Positions 1 through 9,900 of a DNA stretch of 38,480 nucleotides are shown here, piece after piece. Both the position numbers and the translations under genes were made by a program. Each line of letters starts with the position of its first letter. The first letter of the stretch is position 1. The stretch covers positions 1 through 38,480 of the forward strand of contig JBGAVR010000031.1 of assembly GCA_044228005.1 (NCBI GenBank), in the 5' to 3' direction. The DNA comes from Microthrixaceae bacterium (GTDB lineage: Bacteria > Actinomycetota > Acidimicrobiia > Acidimicrobiales > Microtrichaceae). Under the pieces are notes generated by a model that did not search any database, was not told the origin of the DNA, and worked only from the letters and a program-made list of their open reading frames with translations.

Positions 1-1
1 C

Positions 2-478
2 GTGCTGGCCCGCCTCGAGACCCCGCTGGCGCAGCTCCTGCTGGCCGCCGCCACCGGCCGACTGATCGACGTCGACCCGCTGCGCTGGCGCGACAACGCG
101 GCGGTGACCGTCGTCGTGGCCGCCGAGAACTACCCGGCCGAGAAGATCCTGCAGATCAAGTGCGAATGCGGCTCCACGGAACTTCGAATCCAACTCGACG
201 ACGATGAGGGCTGTGCACGTCGCACCTGCAACGACTGTGGCGAGAGCCGGTTCGTTGCGGACAGCGGGGAGTACTGGGACGACGCAGCTCCAGGTGATGG
301 TCAATGCCCGTGCGGTCACGAAGTGTTCAACCTCGGTGTGGGCTACTCGCATCGGGAGGACGGTGACATCCGATGGATCACTGTCGGGGCGCGATGCGTG
401 GAATGTGGCGTCCTCGGGGCGTATGTCGACTGGAAGATCGACTACTCACCGACAGCACACCTCTACGAGCCTTCGTGA
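2..478 (+). CDS. Hypothetical Cys-rich (zinc-ribbon-like CxxC repeats) protein, C-terminal fragment; the N-terminus lies before the window start
   Basis: ORF open at the window edge. Repeated C-x-C/CxxC clusters (CECGS, CNDCGES, CPCGH, CVECG) look like Zn-ribbons. No family recognised. Confidence 0.4.
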   Translation: MLARLETPLAQLLLAAATGRLIDVDPLRWRDNAAVTVVVAAENYPAEKILQIKCECGSTELRIQLDDDEGCARRTCNDCGESRFVADSGEYWDDAAPGDGQCPCGHEVFNLGVGYSHREDGDIRWITVGARCVECGVLGAYVDWKIDYSPTAHLYEPS

Positions 479-872
479 TGACCTGCCATCAAACGACTTG
501 ACCAACAGCCAGGCCACTGTTTCGGAATGACATCCGAGGAGCGGCCCGCCGTTAGGCTCTTTGTGCATGATGAGGGACGTGGCAACGATCCGACTTCGTC
601 GAATCCCGCGCCGATTTCTGTGGCGTCGGCGCTACGAGATCGAGTTCCCCAGCAGCTCGGGGGCGGGAATGGACCAGGTCATTACGAGCGCCCCCATGAC
701 CAAGTTGGACCCTTGGCTTGGCGTGGGGGATGCGTGGGCGCTCGTCCATTCCGCAGATCGGGCGTGGGATGGTCAGGTTGGAGAGTGGGTCACGCTTTTC
801 GAGGGGAGCTCGCCGTAGGCCAGGCCACGGTGAACACATCTGAACCCCTACCGCCCAGCGGTACCCGCCTTC

Positions 873-2339
873 CTACGATGTCGGTTCGGCGAAGGCCTTG
901 ATTTCGAGGTGTTCCTCGAAGCCTGCGAGGCCCATTTCCCTGCCGAGGCCCGACTGCTTGTAGCCGCCGAATGGCACGTCGGGCCCATACCAAACACCGC
1001 CGTTGATCGACATGGTGCCCGTTCGAATCCGCCGCGCAACTGCTTTGGCGTGCTCGGGATCGTCGGAGAAGATCGCTCCGGACAGCCCGTAGATGGAGTC
1101 GTTTGCCATGGCAATGGCGTGCTCGTCGCCGTCATGCGGAATTGCCACGAGAACCGGCCCGAAGATTTCTTCGCGAGCCACCGTCATTTCGTGAGTCACT
1201 CCGGCGAGCAGCGTTGCCTCGTAGAAGAACCCATCGGGTTGGTCTGCCGGGCGCTTGCCGCCACAGACAATGGTCGCCCCCTGCTCCACAGCCCCCTTCA
1301 CGTATGCCTCAACCCGGTCGCGTTGAGCGGCGTTGATGAGTGGGCCCATGAAGGTGCTGGGATCAGCGGGGTCGCCCACCGGCAGCATTGCCATCATGGC
1401 GGCGATCTGCTCGACGCCTTCCTCGTATCGGGGCCTGGGAATGAGAACCCTGGTGGTGAGAGCGCACCCTTGGCCGCACACGACAGCCGTTCCAAAGGCT
1501 GCAAACGCAGTGGCGGCATTCATGTCGGCCACGTCATCGAGGATGAGGTGCACTGACTTGCCGCCCAACTCGAGGAACACCTTCGTGAGGTTCGCCGAGG
1601 CGGCAGCCATGACCCTGCGCCCGGTTGCGGTGGAGCCTGTGAAGCTGACCATGTCGACGCGAGGGTCAGTGGTGAGCAGCTCGCCAAAGGACTTGTCGGC
1701 CGCCGTGAGCACGTTAACGACTCCGGCCGGAAGGTCGGTGTTCTCCGCAAGGAGTCGTCCCAGCAGCAGCCCACTCCAGGGAGTGTCGGGCGCTGGTTTC
1801 AGCACCACGGTGCATCCCGCGGCCAAGGCCGGCGCGAGTTTCGCAAGGTTGATGTGAGTTGGCACGTTCCAGGGTGTGATCGCGGCGACGACGCCGATCG
1901 GTTCGCGTTCGATCCAGCGGTTGCACCGGCCACCCATGGTGTCTCTTGCCCCAAGCTCGGTGCGCCATTCGTAGGATTCGGCTTGGTCGGCAAACCAGTT
2001 CACAATGTCGAGCGGTTCATGTACCTGCACCGTGGAGCAACTCGCTCGAGGAGCACCGACCTCGGCGATGGTGAGCTCGTTGAGCTCCTCCTCGTGTTCG
2101 CGAAGGGCTTCATCGAGTTGGCGCAAGACTCGCACTCGAAGCGAGAGGTTGGTTGACCACTCGGTTTCGTCGAACGCACGGCGCGCTGCGACCAGTGCCT
2201 CCTCGGCATCAGCCGCGGTTGCATCAGGCGCCGTGCCGATGGCTGCGCCCGTTGTGGGGCTGATGTTCTCGTAGGTGCCACCGCCAGTGGCTGGGCGGAG
2301 GGCGCCGTTGATCAATAGTTGAAGGTCAGAACCAGACAT
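873..2339 (-). CDS. NAD(P)-dependent aldehyde dehydrogenase
   Basis: 488 aa. ALDH family motifs are present: ELGGKS (general-base Glu), VCGQGC catalytic Cys region, and FTGSTATG NAD-binding segment. Confidence 0.9.
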   Translation of the reverse strand: MSGSDLQLLINGALRPATGGGTYENISPTTGAAIGTAPDATAADAEEALVAARRAFDETEWSTNLSLRVRVLRQLDEALREHEEELNELTIAEVGAPRASCSTVQVHEPLDIVNWFADQAESYEWRTELGARDTMGGRCNRWIEREPIGVVAAITPWNVPTHINLAKLAPALAAGCTVVLKPAPDTPWSGLLLGRLLAENTDLPAGVVNVLTAADKSFGELLTTDPRVDMVSFTGSTATGRRVMAAASANLTKVFLELGGKSVHLILDDVADMNAATAFAAFGTAVVCGQGCALTTRVLIPRPRYEEGVEQIAAMMAMLPVGDPADPSTFMGPLINAAQRDRVEAYVKGAVEQGATIVCGGKRPADQPDGFFYEATLLAGVTHEMTVAREEIFGPVLVAIPHDGDEHAIAMANDSIYGLSGAIFSDDPEHAKAVARRIRTGTMSINGGVWYGPDVPFGGYKQSGLGREMGLAGFEEHLEIKAFAEPTS

Positions 2340-2354
2340 CGTTTGCTCGTGCTT

Positions 2355-2945
2355 TCAGTCGCGGGTTGAAGGGGTCTCGGTGGGCTGTTCAGTTGGTGCG
2401 GCAGGATCGGCTGTGGCTGGATCGACTGCGGCTGGATCGACTGCGGCAGGGACTGGCTTGCGGATCGCCACTCGCATCATGGACACATCGGCTGTGGCGA
2501 GGAGGTGCTCGTTCTCGTCGCGTACCTCGCAACCAATCACAATCAGCGTCTTGCCCGCTCGCACAATTTCGGCTCGTGCGTACACCATGGCGGTTCGGGG
2601 TGTTCCGAGGTAGCGGATGTGCATGTCGGAAGTGACGATCGATTCGGCCTCGCTATCGAAATCGGTTCCCATGGCCGAGACCAACGCGCAGGCAAGGTCG
2701 ACCATGGTGGCGATGGCTCCTCCGTGAAGATTCGCGGTGAATCCGAACGCTTCGGGCCGAACCGGCATGCGGATCGTTGCTACCTGGTCACCCTTGTTGG
2801 GTCGGTCCCAACTCAGTCCCAACAACTCGTGAAGTGGAATCGAATCGGCGGCTGCGCGGCGCGCGATTGCGGCCTGGGCGGCGGCCTCGTCGTCAGTCAC
2901 AGAAGTAGCAGCACCATCGGCGGGGTCTGGTGTGTTCTCAGGCAC
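2355..2945 (-). CDS. PaaI/4HBT-type hotdog-fold acyl-CoA thioesterase
   Basis: The core HELLGL...GGAIATMVDLA...TSDMHIRYL is the typical PaaI thioesterase fold, with a low-complexity AAVDPAAVDP C-tail. The start is uncertain: GTG at 2945 (GAGAGG upstream, 8-nt overlap GTGCCTGA with the upstream gene's stop) versus ATG at 3011. Confidence 0.7.
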   Translation of the reverse strand: MPENTPDPADGAATSVTDDEAAAQAAIARRAAADSIPLHELLGLSWDRPNKGDQVATIRMPVRPEAFGFTANLHGGAIATMVDLACALVSAMGTDFDSEAESIVTSDMHIRYLGTPRTAMVYARAEIVRAGKTLIVIGCEVRDENEHLLATADVSMMRVAIRKPVPAAVDPAAVDPATADPAAPTEQPTETPSTRD

Positions 2946-3732
2946 GCGGGCCGCCTCTCGTTCCAGGCCAACGAGATCCGCCAATCGTGTCGGCGTAGGG
3001 CCAGAACGCATCGGGATCAAGCGGATAGTCGAGGGTGATGTCGCGAGCGGTGAATCGGGTAGTGACGAGTTCCGCAACAGCGGGGCCAACCTGGGGCAGT
3101 AGCTCGGTGTACGGGTCCCATCGACTCTCCCTGAGAACGAACTCGCCCTCGAGCGTTTCGATTCGGCTCGTTGTTCCTTCGGTTCGGACTCGAACAACGT
3201 GCGGTGGGAAGTCCCAGGTGTTGCCAGCTGCCCCGACCCCGCGCATGGCCTTGATCCACCATTCGTTCTTCACGACGGCCTCGCCCAAGGGTGTTCGCGT
3301 TCCCGTCACACGGCCGTCGTAGGACATGAACGTGGTGCCCTGATGGAGTGCATGTGCTCGAACGAGATCGCCAAGACGATAGAACTGAACCGAGCATGGG
3401 AACTTCGGTTGGCCGTTGGTCTCGCGACTGATGAAGATCGCCTGTTCCTGATCGATACCGATTCCGATCGTGTACTGCCCACGAACTCCTCGAAACGACG
3501 CAGGGATCTTCGTGCTGATTCCGTACTCTGGCTCTCCGTGGACGGGAACGCAGTAGATCCCCAGTTCTACGATCGGATCGCCAACCGCTTCGAGGCCGAC
3601 TGGGAGGAGCGCCTCTACCGCTGCAGGTTCGGTCGGGTATTTGATGGTGAGCTTTGGCCATCCCCCTACCTCCCCAGGGGAAGTGAGCGGAGCACCCTCA
3701 TCGGTGGTGTAGGTCGTGTCAGGCTCGGTCAT
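2938..3732 (-). CDS. Acetoacetate decarboxylase (ADC) family protein
   Basis: 265 aa from ATG at 3732, preceded by GGAGG. PLTSP..., IPASFRGVRGQY and DQEQAIFISRETNGQPKF align with clostridial ADC (PLTSP, IPVSFNGVKGDY, DNEPAIAVGRELSAYPKK), including the Schiff-base Lys position. The ORF-track N-terminal extension (3733-3990) is low-complexity and rejected. Confidence 0.6.
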   Translation of the reverse strand: MTEPDTTYTTDEGAPLTSPGEVGGWPKLTIKYPTEPAAVEALLPVGLEAVGDPIVELGIYCVPVHGEPEYGISTKIPASFRGVRGQYTIGIGIDQEQAIFISRETNGQPKFPCSVQFYRLGDLVRAHALHQGTTFMSYDGRVTGTRTPLGEAVVKNEWWIKAMRGVGAAGNTWDFPPHVVRVRTEGTTSRIETLEGEFVLRESRWDPYTELLPQVGPAVAELVTTRFTARDITLDYPLDPDAFWPYADTIGGSRWPGTRGGPRA

Positions 3733-4465
3733 TGGCCCTCCTGGTAGTTGGCGCTGCTTCGGGAGTGGAACTCGTTGCGATTGCGTCTGCGCTGCTCGGC
3801 AGGAAGGCACCAATGACAGCTCGCATCGTCGTCTGAAAGAGGGGATTGAGCTTCGGCGAAACGCGCATCGCCGCAAGGGTTGCGGCATCAATGCCGGTGT
3901 CGGTGACCTCAGACCACAACACCTGCGGTTGAATCTGGCGCGTTGCCTGCGATGCAGCTTCGCTTTCGATTGCAGTTGAACGAAAGCCAACGACCAGGAA
4001 TCCAGCGACGCAGCTCAGAATTGCTCGTAGCGCGTCTCTCGCTTGTGCGCCGTGAACACCGGCAGCGTTGAGTTCTTGTGCCATCGCGATTTCCATGGGG
4101 AGCCCAAGCAGCGAGGTCGCTCCGCTCTGATGCGCGAGCGCCGTGATGTTGCGGTGGTTCAGCGCGTTGCTCCAAATCTTGGTTGCAACACAGAGGATTC
4201 GTTCGAGCGGAGTATCGCCAGTGATGGCTGTGGTGGATTGCAGATCGGAGAGTCGCTTGATGACTGCCAGGACAAGCTCATCGCGGCCGCCGACATGCCA
4301 GTAGATCGTCGTGGTTGCGACATTGAGATCCGCTGCCAGTCGTCGCATCGTCAGCGCGTCGCCACCCTCAGTCTCCACGAGCTTCATCGCGACCTCGACG
4401 ATGTCCTCCGCGCTGAGTCCGGCTCGCCTCCCCGTAGATTTCGGTGCTGTCGAAGCTGCGCTCAA
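3719..4465 (-). CDS. TetR/AcrR family transcriptional regulator
   Basis: N-terminal HTH LTMRRLAADLNVATTTIYWHV is the classic TetR signature. It is divergent from the amidohydrolase gene and overlaps the downstream ADC-like gene by 14 nt. Confidence 0.85.
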   Translation of the reverse strand: MSAASTAPKSTGRRAGLSAEDIVEVAMKLVETEGGDALTMRRLAADLNVATTTIYWHVGGRDELVLAVIKRLSDLQSTTAITGDTPLERILCVATKIWSNALNHRNITALAHQSGATSLLGLPMEIAMAQELNAAGVHGAQARDALRAILSCVAGFLVVGFRSTAIESEAASQATRQIQPQVLWSEVTDTGIDAATLAAMRVSPKLNPLFQTTMRAVIGAFLPSSADAIATSSTPEAAPTTRRANDRA

Positions 4466-4540
4466 CGTGTTCCTCTGAACCTCTGGTCTGATGCCGCGCT
4501 GGGCGTGGATTCCTTTTCAAACTACATCTTTTCAACACTT

Positions 4541-4580
4541 CACTTGAACATTGTGCAAGAATACTAGAACACTGTTCAAG
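4541..4580. promoter_or_regulatory. Candidate TetR operator: inverted repeat ACTTGAACAtTGTgc-N10-gaACAcTGTTCAAGT
   Basis: 15-bp arms (4541-4555 and 4566-4580) match 13/15 as reverse complements. They sit in the AT-richer divergent intergenic region between the TetR gene and the amidohydrolase gene. Confidence 0.5.
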
Positions 4581-4636
4581 TAGCGAACAGATGACGCTCA
4601 GCTCTCACTATTGCGAATCCCTTGGAGGCACTCCCG

Positions 4637-5923
4637 ATGACCAATCCACTCGCCGGCGTGGACACCAGCAATGATCCCTATGTGATCGTGTCCTCCGACA
4701 CTCACGCAGGGCTACAGGTGGCCGAATACCGTGACTATCTCGATTCCAAGTTCCATCCCCAGTTCGATGAATGGATCATCCAACGTCACAACCATCGCCG
4801 TCTGATCGAGGAAGTCAACGGTGAATACGTCGCGCAGTGGGAAGGTGACAACGCGGAGGGTCTCAAGGGTGCCTACGATCCAGCGATTCGGGATAGCGCC
4901 ATGGACGCCGACGGCATCGCCGGCGAGATCATCTTCGCCGATGGCGATTCGGTCACCGGCCAGGAGTCGCCGCCGTTTGGAGCTGGCCTCGCTGCGGGCC
5001 AAATCACCGATCCGGCTCTTGCCTTCGCTGGAGCTCGAGCTCACAACCGTTGGCTTGAGGAGTTCTGCGCGACTGATCCGGTTCGTCGAGCAGGAGTTGC
5101 GCTCATTCCGGTGATTCACGACGTCGCCGAGGCAGTCCGAGAGGTCGAGTCGCTTGCAGGAAAGCCGGGGATCAAGGGTGTCATGGTGCCAACGATGTGG
5201 CATGACAAGCCGAGCTATGGGCACCCGATGTACGACCCGTTCTGGCAGGCCTGTGCGGAGGCCAACCTTGTGGTTCATACCCACTCGGGCGAAGGTGACT
5301 GGGAAAGCTACAACGACAACATCGCCCAGTTCGTGCTTGAGGTACCGTTCTGGACTCACCGGATCCTGTGGCAGCTCCTGCTGTCCGGGAAGTTCGACAA
5401 GTTCCCCGGTCTCAAATACGCGGTTGTTGAGTGTGGCTCCTACTGGCTTGGGGATCTGCTCTGGAAGGCCGACACCACCTTCGGAGCCAACGGCAAAGTG
5501 AAGAAGCTCAACTCGCGAACCAAGGGCCTCATCAAGCGCCTTCCCTCGGAGTATGTGGGGACCAACGTGTTCATTGGTGCGTCCACCATGAGCACCGAGG
5601 AGATTCGCCGGCGACACACCAACGGGATCGACGCGTTGATGTGGGGAACCGACTACCCACATCCCGAAGGCTCCTGGCCTCACACGGTGACGCGACTCGA
5701 GACCGACTTTCAGACAGTGTCCATTGAGGACACCCGTCTGCTCCTTGGACTCAACGCGGTGCGCTGCTACGACCTCGATCTTGCCGGGCTCACCGAGGTG
5801 GCCAAGCGCGTTGGGCCAACCCCTGAAGGGCTCAACCAGGAGCTCGGTCTCCGCACCCCTGAGGATGCAATCGACAAGGCCCGCTGGTGGTTTGAGGCCT
5901 ACGGCATGGAACGAAAGGGCTAA
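4637..5923 (+). CDS. Amidohydrolase-2 (ACMSD-like metal-dependent hydrolase/decarboxylase) family protein
   Basis: VSSDTHAG N-terminal metal-binding motif, HTHSGEGDW, and a WGTDYPHPEG C-terminal motif typical of PF04909. ATG at 4637 with GGAGG 8 nt upstream; the track's TTG 4622 start is rejected. Confidence 0.8.
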   Translation: MTNPLAGVDTSNDPYVIVSSDTHAGLQVAEYRDYLDSKFHPQFDEWIIQRHNHRRLIEEVNGEYVAQWEGDNAEGLKGAYDPAIRDSAMDADGIAGEIIFADGDSVTGQESPPFGAGLAAGQITDPALAFAGARAHNRWLEEFCATDPVRRAGVALIPVIHDVAEAVREVESLAGKPGIKGVMVPTMWHDKPSYGHPMYDPFWQACAEANLVVHTHSGEGDWESYNDNIAQFVLEVPFWTHRILWQLLLSGKFDKFPGLKYAVVECGSYWLGDLLWKADTTFGANGKVKKLNSRTKGLIKRLPSEYVGTNVFIGASTMSTEEIRRRHTNGIDALMWGTDYPHPEGSWPHTVTRLETDFQTVSIEDTRLLLGLNAVRCYDLDLAGLTEVAKRVGPTPEGLNQELGLRTPEDAIDKARWWFEAYGMERKG

Positions 5924-5926
5924 CCG

Positions 5927-6901
5927 ATGAGCGAAGCGAATCAGTCCTCTGAAGCGAGTCAGACCTCTGAAGCACAGCAGTCCTCTGAAGCACAGCAGTC
6001 CTCTGAGGAGGTTGCACCCATTGAGTTCAACGGCGCAGTTGCGGTGGTCACTGGTGGAGCAAACGGCATCGGTAAGGCGCTCGTTCGTTCGTTGCTCGGC
6101 CGAGGTGCTCAGGTGGTGATTGCCGATATCGAGCAGTCTGTACTTGATGCAACAGTCGCGGAGCTCGGTCAGCTCGGGGAGGTGAGTGGAGTTCGCACTG
6201 ACGTCACGAGCGAAGCCTCAACGGCAGCGCTCGCCGATCGAGTGTTCGAACAGTACGGCCGCTGCAACCTCTTGTTCCTCAATGCAGGGGTGACCTCGGG
6301 CGGGGGAGGCTTGCCGTGGGAACAGGAACCAAACGACTGGCGTTGGTGTTTCGGCGTGAACGTGATTGGTACTGGAATCGGGGTGTCGACCTTCGTTCCT
6401 CGCATGATCGCCACTGGTGAGCCTGGCCAGATCATTCTGACCTCCTCGCGAGATGGCGGAATAGCGCCCATTCCAACCGCCTCGGTGTACGCGGCGTCCA
6501 AAGCTGCGGTGAGCTGTCTCGCAGAGACCTTGCAGCACAATCTGATCAGCGAGAACACAGCGTTGCGCGCTTCGGTGTTCTACCCCTCCGGTGGCTTGTT
6601 GGACACTGGCCTGTACTCCGCGGCACGCAACCGACCCGAGGAGCTTGCCCGAGTGGGTGCTGGTACGGGTCGAGCCAGCATGACCTTCGATCAGCTGGTC
6701 AGCCGAGTGGAAGCGGCAACTGGTTCACCTCCGCCGATTGCCAATCTTGCGGAGCTGGGCGAGTTCGTGATGGACAACGTTGCGGAGCGGCGCTTCATCA
6801 TCGCAAAAGGGCTTGAAGCAACGGAAGCGCTGCTGAAGAAGCGGGCCGAAGCAATCGGCCGTGGCGAGCTTCCCGAACCGCACGGCATCAAGCTCGGTTA
6901 G
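5927..6901 (+). CDS. SDR family oxidoreductase with low-complexity N-terminal SEAQQS repeat
   Basis: TGGANGIGKA Rossmann motif, NAG, and catalytic S...YAASKAAV (YxxxK). The start lies 4 nt after the upstream stop. The N-terminus is encoded by an in-frame tandem repeat (5933-6010). Confidence 0.85.
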   Translation: MSEANQSSEASQTSEAQQSSEAQQSSEEVAPIEFNGAVAVVTGGANGIGKALVRSLLGRGAQVVIADIEQSVLDATVAELGQLGEVSGVRTDVTSEASTAALADRVFEQYGRCNLLFLNAGVTSGGGGLPWEQEPNDWRWCFGVNVIGTGIGVSTFVPRMIATGEPGQIILTSSRDGGIAPIPTASVYAASKAAVSCLAETLQHNLISENTALRASVFYPSGGLLDTGLYSAARNRPEELARVGAGTGRASMTFDQLVSRVEAATGSPPPIANLAELGEFVMDNVAERRFIIAKGLEATEALLKKRAEAIGRGELPEPHGIKLG

Positions 6902-6990
6902 AGAATCGTTGATTGATGGCGCTGGACATATGCTGATCGACCCTAGGCGCACAACCCTCGGCGAGTAACGCAGTCGGGTGGTGCTGGTCG

Positions 6991-9900
6991 CTACGAGCGG
7001 GGTCGGGATGTGATCTCTGCGGAGAGCTTCACCACCTGCTCAGGATCATCGGGTGGAATCAAATCCACCACATCCCATCCGGCCTGGCGCAACATCGCGT
7101 AGCGATCGAGATGAGCAGCCGCACCATCGGGATGAGCTCCACACAGCACACCAATCACGTTGGTCTCATATTCGAGGACAAGATCGACAACGTGACGTCC
7201 GACCGGGAAGGAATTGGTGACCGAGGCGCCCCCGAATCGGCACGCCTGCCCAAACGTCTCCGCGGTTGCGTTCCTGGCCGCCGCAGCGCTCAGCCTCATA
7301 TCCGGAGGGGTTCGTGCCCATGTGAGGTACCGGCCAATCAGACTTGAAGGCTCCGATACCTCCGTTGCAAACACATCGATCTCGTTGCGTGCCCGGGTCA
7401 CCAGCACGTTGAAAAGGTTCGCGTTCTCCAAGAAACGAGCGCGTCCGGGCGGCGAGGTGTGGTCGATCCCGACCACGATCAGTACGTGGGATCGTTCTGC
7501 TCCTTGAAACCCATGGGTAGTAGAGATCATCAGATTGGTGTCAGCGAGGAGCTCTGGGGACAAATCGGTGAGCGCTGTTTCGGTGAGCTGGTCGACGATG
7601 TCTCGGAACGGGGAGATGATTCCGATGCTCCGGACGCCTTCGCGATGTAGCGCGCGTGTCCGCTCAATAGCCTCAGCAATGGCTGACTGGTTGTCGGCAA
7701 CGAGGTGAGTGTGGATGCAGTCGAGCGTGAGATTGTGAGGAGACTGCGTGACGAGGTGAAGCGGGTTGGAATAGAAGTGCTCGGCAGAAAACCCTATGAG
7801 GTGCGGTGCTGACCGGTAGTGCTCGTCAAGCCACTGGACCGGGGCTGCTGAGGCAGCGAGGTCAAACACGCTGTTGCGCGCGGGATCGAGGCGTGCCACG
7901 TGTTCGAGGAGGTCGGCCTGGGCGAATGCAGAATGGGTTGCCTCGCTAGAAAGAAATGACACGAAGCGCAACTGTTGGGGATCGCCTGCAATGAGTGCGC
8001 GCTTCGCCCGGAGGAGGCCCGGCGCAGCCACCGCCAGTTCGACTTGGGAGGCTTCATCGACGACGACGAGGTCGAACAGGCCTGCAATCTTCGGTAGTAG
8101 ACGTTCAATTTCACCAAGTGTCCCAAGCCACAATGGCGCAGCCTGAAGGAGCTCCTGGGGGTTGAGGGTGTCGATAAGCTTCCCGCGCGAAGCGGCTCCC
8201 GAGCGCAGGGCAGTGCTCAGCGCCGACACAACCTGTCGGCCCGAGCTGCTGCGGGCCTGTTCCAGAAGTTCCTGATCTAGTAGCTGGCCGCGAAGTAGTC
8301 GGAGCGATGCAGTGGCCTCAAACCATCGGGGCAATGTCCTGCGAAGTTCTTCACCGATCTCGGTGAGTTGAGGTTTCGATCTCGATGCTTCGGCCGCTGC
8401 AATGGCCTCACCGATGTGGCGCAATCTGCGAGCGAGATGAGGTTCGTTGTCTGTCTTGAGCGGTGTGGACAGACGCTTGTTGAGCCTGCGAATCGCCACT
8501 CGTCGTCGTTGCCGAACCCACCAATTGCCTTCAACAGGGCGAGCAGTGTTGAGCGTCTTGGTGAACCTTTCGAGGTCGGCATTGGGGGCGAAGAGAGGTG
8601 GAAACTCCTCTCGAAATCCCCCGATGATCTCGGGATCAGTCAGGTAGGTCTCTACTGCTTCAACGACGGCAAGCAGTTCTAGCGCTCGTGCATGCAGGGT
8701 TTGCTCTTCCAGCGTTCGTGCTTCTAGTTGAACCTCGAGTTTGGAGTCCCCAGCATGAAGGTCCGGGGTTGGCGCAGCCAGGCGACGATCAAGTTCGGAG
8801 ATTGCCGACTTGAGCGCGTCCGGCGAACCAAAACGTAACGCTGGAGGGCCAGGCTGTTTGCCGAGTTGAGCGGCGATCACTTCGGCGGCCTCGATTGACC
8901 GGGTTGCCACAAGTACCGATTGACCGGCTGCAATCGCATTGCAGATTGCGGCGCAGAGGGTATGAGTTTTACCGGTGCCGGGGGCGCCAGACACCGCCGT
9001 GACTGGTTCGGTCGCGGCCGACAGGGCGATCATCCGTTGAGCGGCGCTCAGAGGTAACAGTCCCTCGAACGTTGCGATGGAATGCACATCCGAGTCGTGC
9101 GTGGCGATCAGAGCCGAGTGACCCGCCGGGCCTTCGAGCGGCTCTGCCGCCTGCCCTGCCGCGAGCCCTGTTGAGTGTTCTCGCGCGTGAGGGAACGCGA
9201 TGGAGTTGAACGCAGTTTCGTCGATGCCCTCTACGCTCGCCCATCGCCCAACTGCTGCCCGCTGAGTGAAGCTGCTGGTTGGTGAAGGAGCAACGAGGCC
9301 GAGCCCAATACAAACGGTCACACGGTCTTCAACTGGTTCGATGCTCGCTGGATGAGCCTCGGTGATCTGGTCTAGTTCCCATCCGATGGCCGCTGCGAGG
9401 AGACGAATCCAATGGTGAACTTCCTCCATGGCAGTGGAGTGGGAGCCTTCCTCAAGGCTCGCCGATTCGCTCGTAGAGAAGGCGGCGTTGAGGACCTGCT
9501 CGGCCGCCGATTCGTCCTCGATGTCGACTCCGAGGTTCCAGTCGGTCGCCTGACGGAGAGTCCACGAGTTTGAGAAGGGCAGGGTCCGGAGGTTCGAAAA
9601 GGGACGAAGGGTCGCCGGTGGGTTGCCGAGTTCGATCCGGGTTTGCAGCAGCGGCAACCCGACGCGGCGTGGCTGCTGTGAGTTCGTTTCGCTGGGGTGG
9701 TTCCGAACAGCCACGAGCCAGGTTGCGCGAATCGACTGATCGCCGGCGAGATTCGACCGCAACTGAAGATGTTCGAGGATTTTGTTGCTCGTCGGAAGCG
9801 CTGCACCGCTGGGCCCAAGGACCGAGAGCTGACCGTTCGCAAGGCTGGAGAGACTGTTGTTTCGTATCGAAAGGAGACCAAAGGGATCAGAGAAACCATC

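Noticed and set aside
527-901. ORFs in the 479-872 gap (527..901 +, 561..818 +, 552..839 -)
   Set aside because: Translations are Arg/Pro/Gly-rich with no recognisable fold, starts lack convincing RBS, and they overlap each other. A short real gene (e.g. ATG ~667 to 818) cannot be excluded, but nothing supports it beyond moderate GC3.
1021-1030. GTTCGAATCC, a perfect tRNA T-loop consensus
   Set aside because: It lies inside the well-supported aldehyde dehydrogenase CDS and has no flanking acceptor or anticodon stem complementarity. Chance occurrence.
2938-3990. 350-aa version of the ADC-like ORF and the nested 3017..3661 (-) ORF
   Set aside because: The first 86 residues are Arg/Cys-rich and overlap the TetR gene. 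A strong GGAGG-ATG start at 3732 begins exactly where ADC-family homology (PLTSP) starts.
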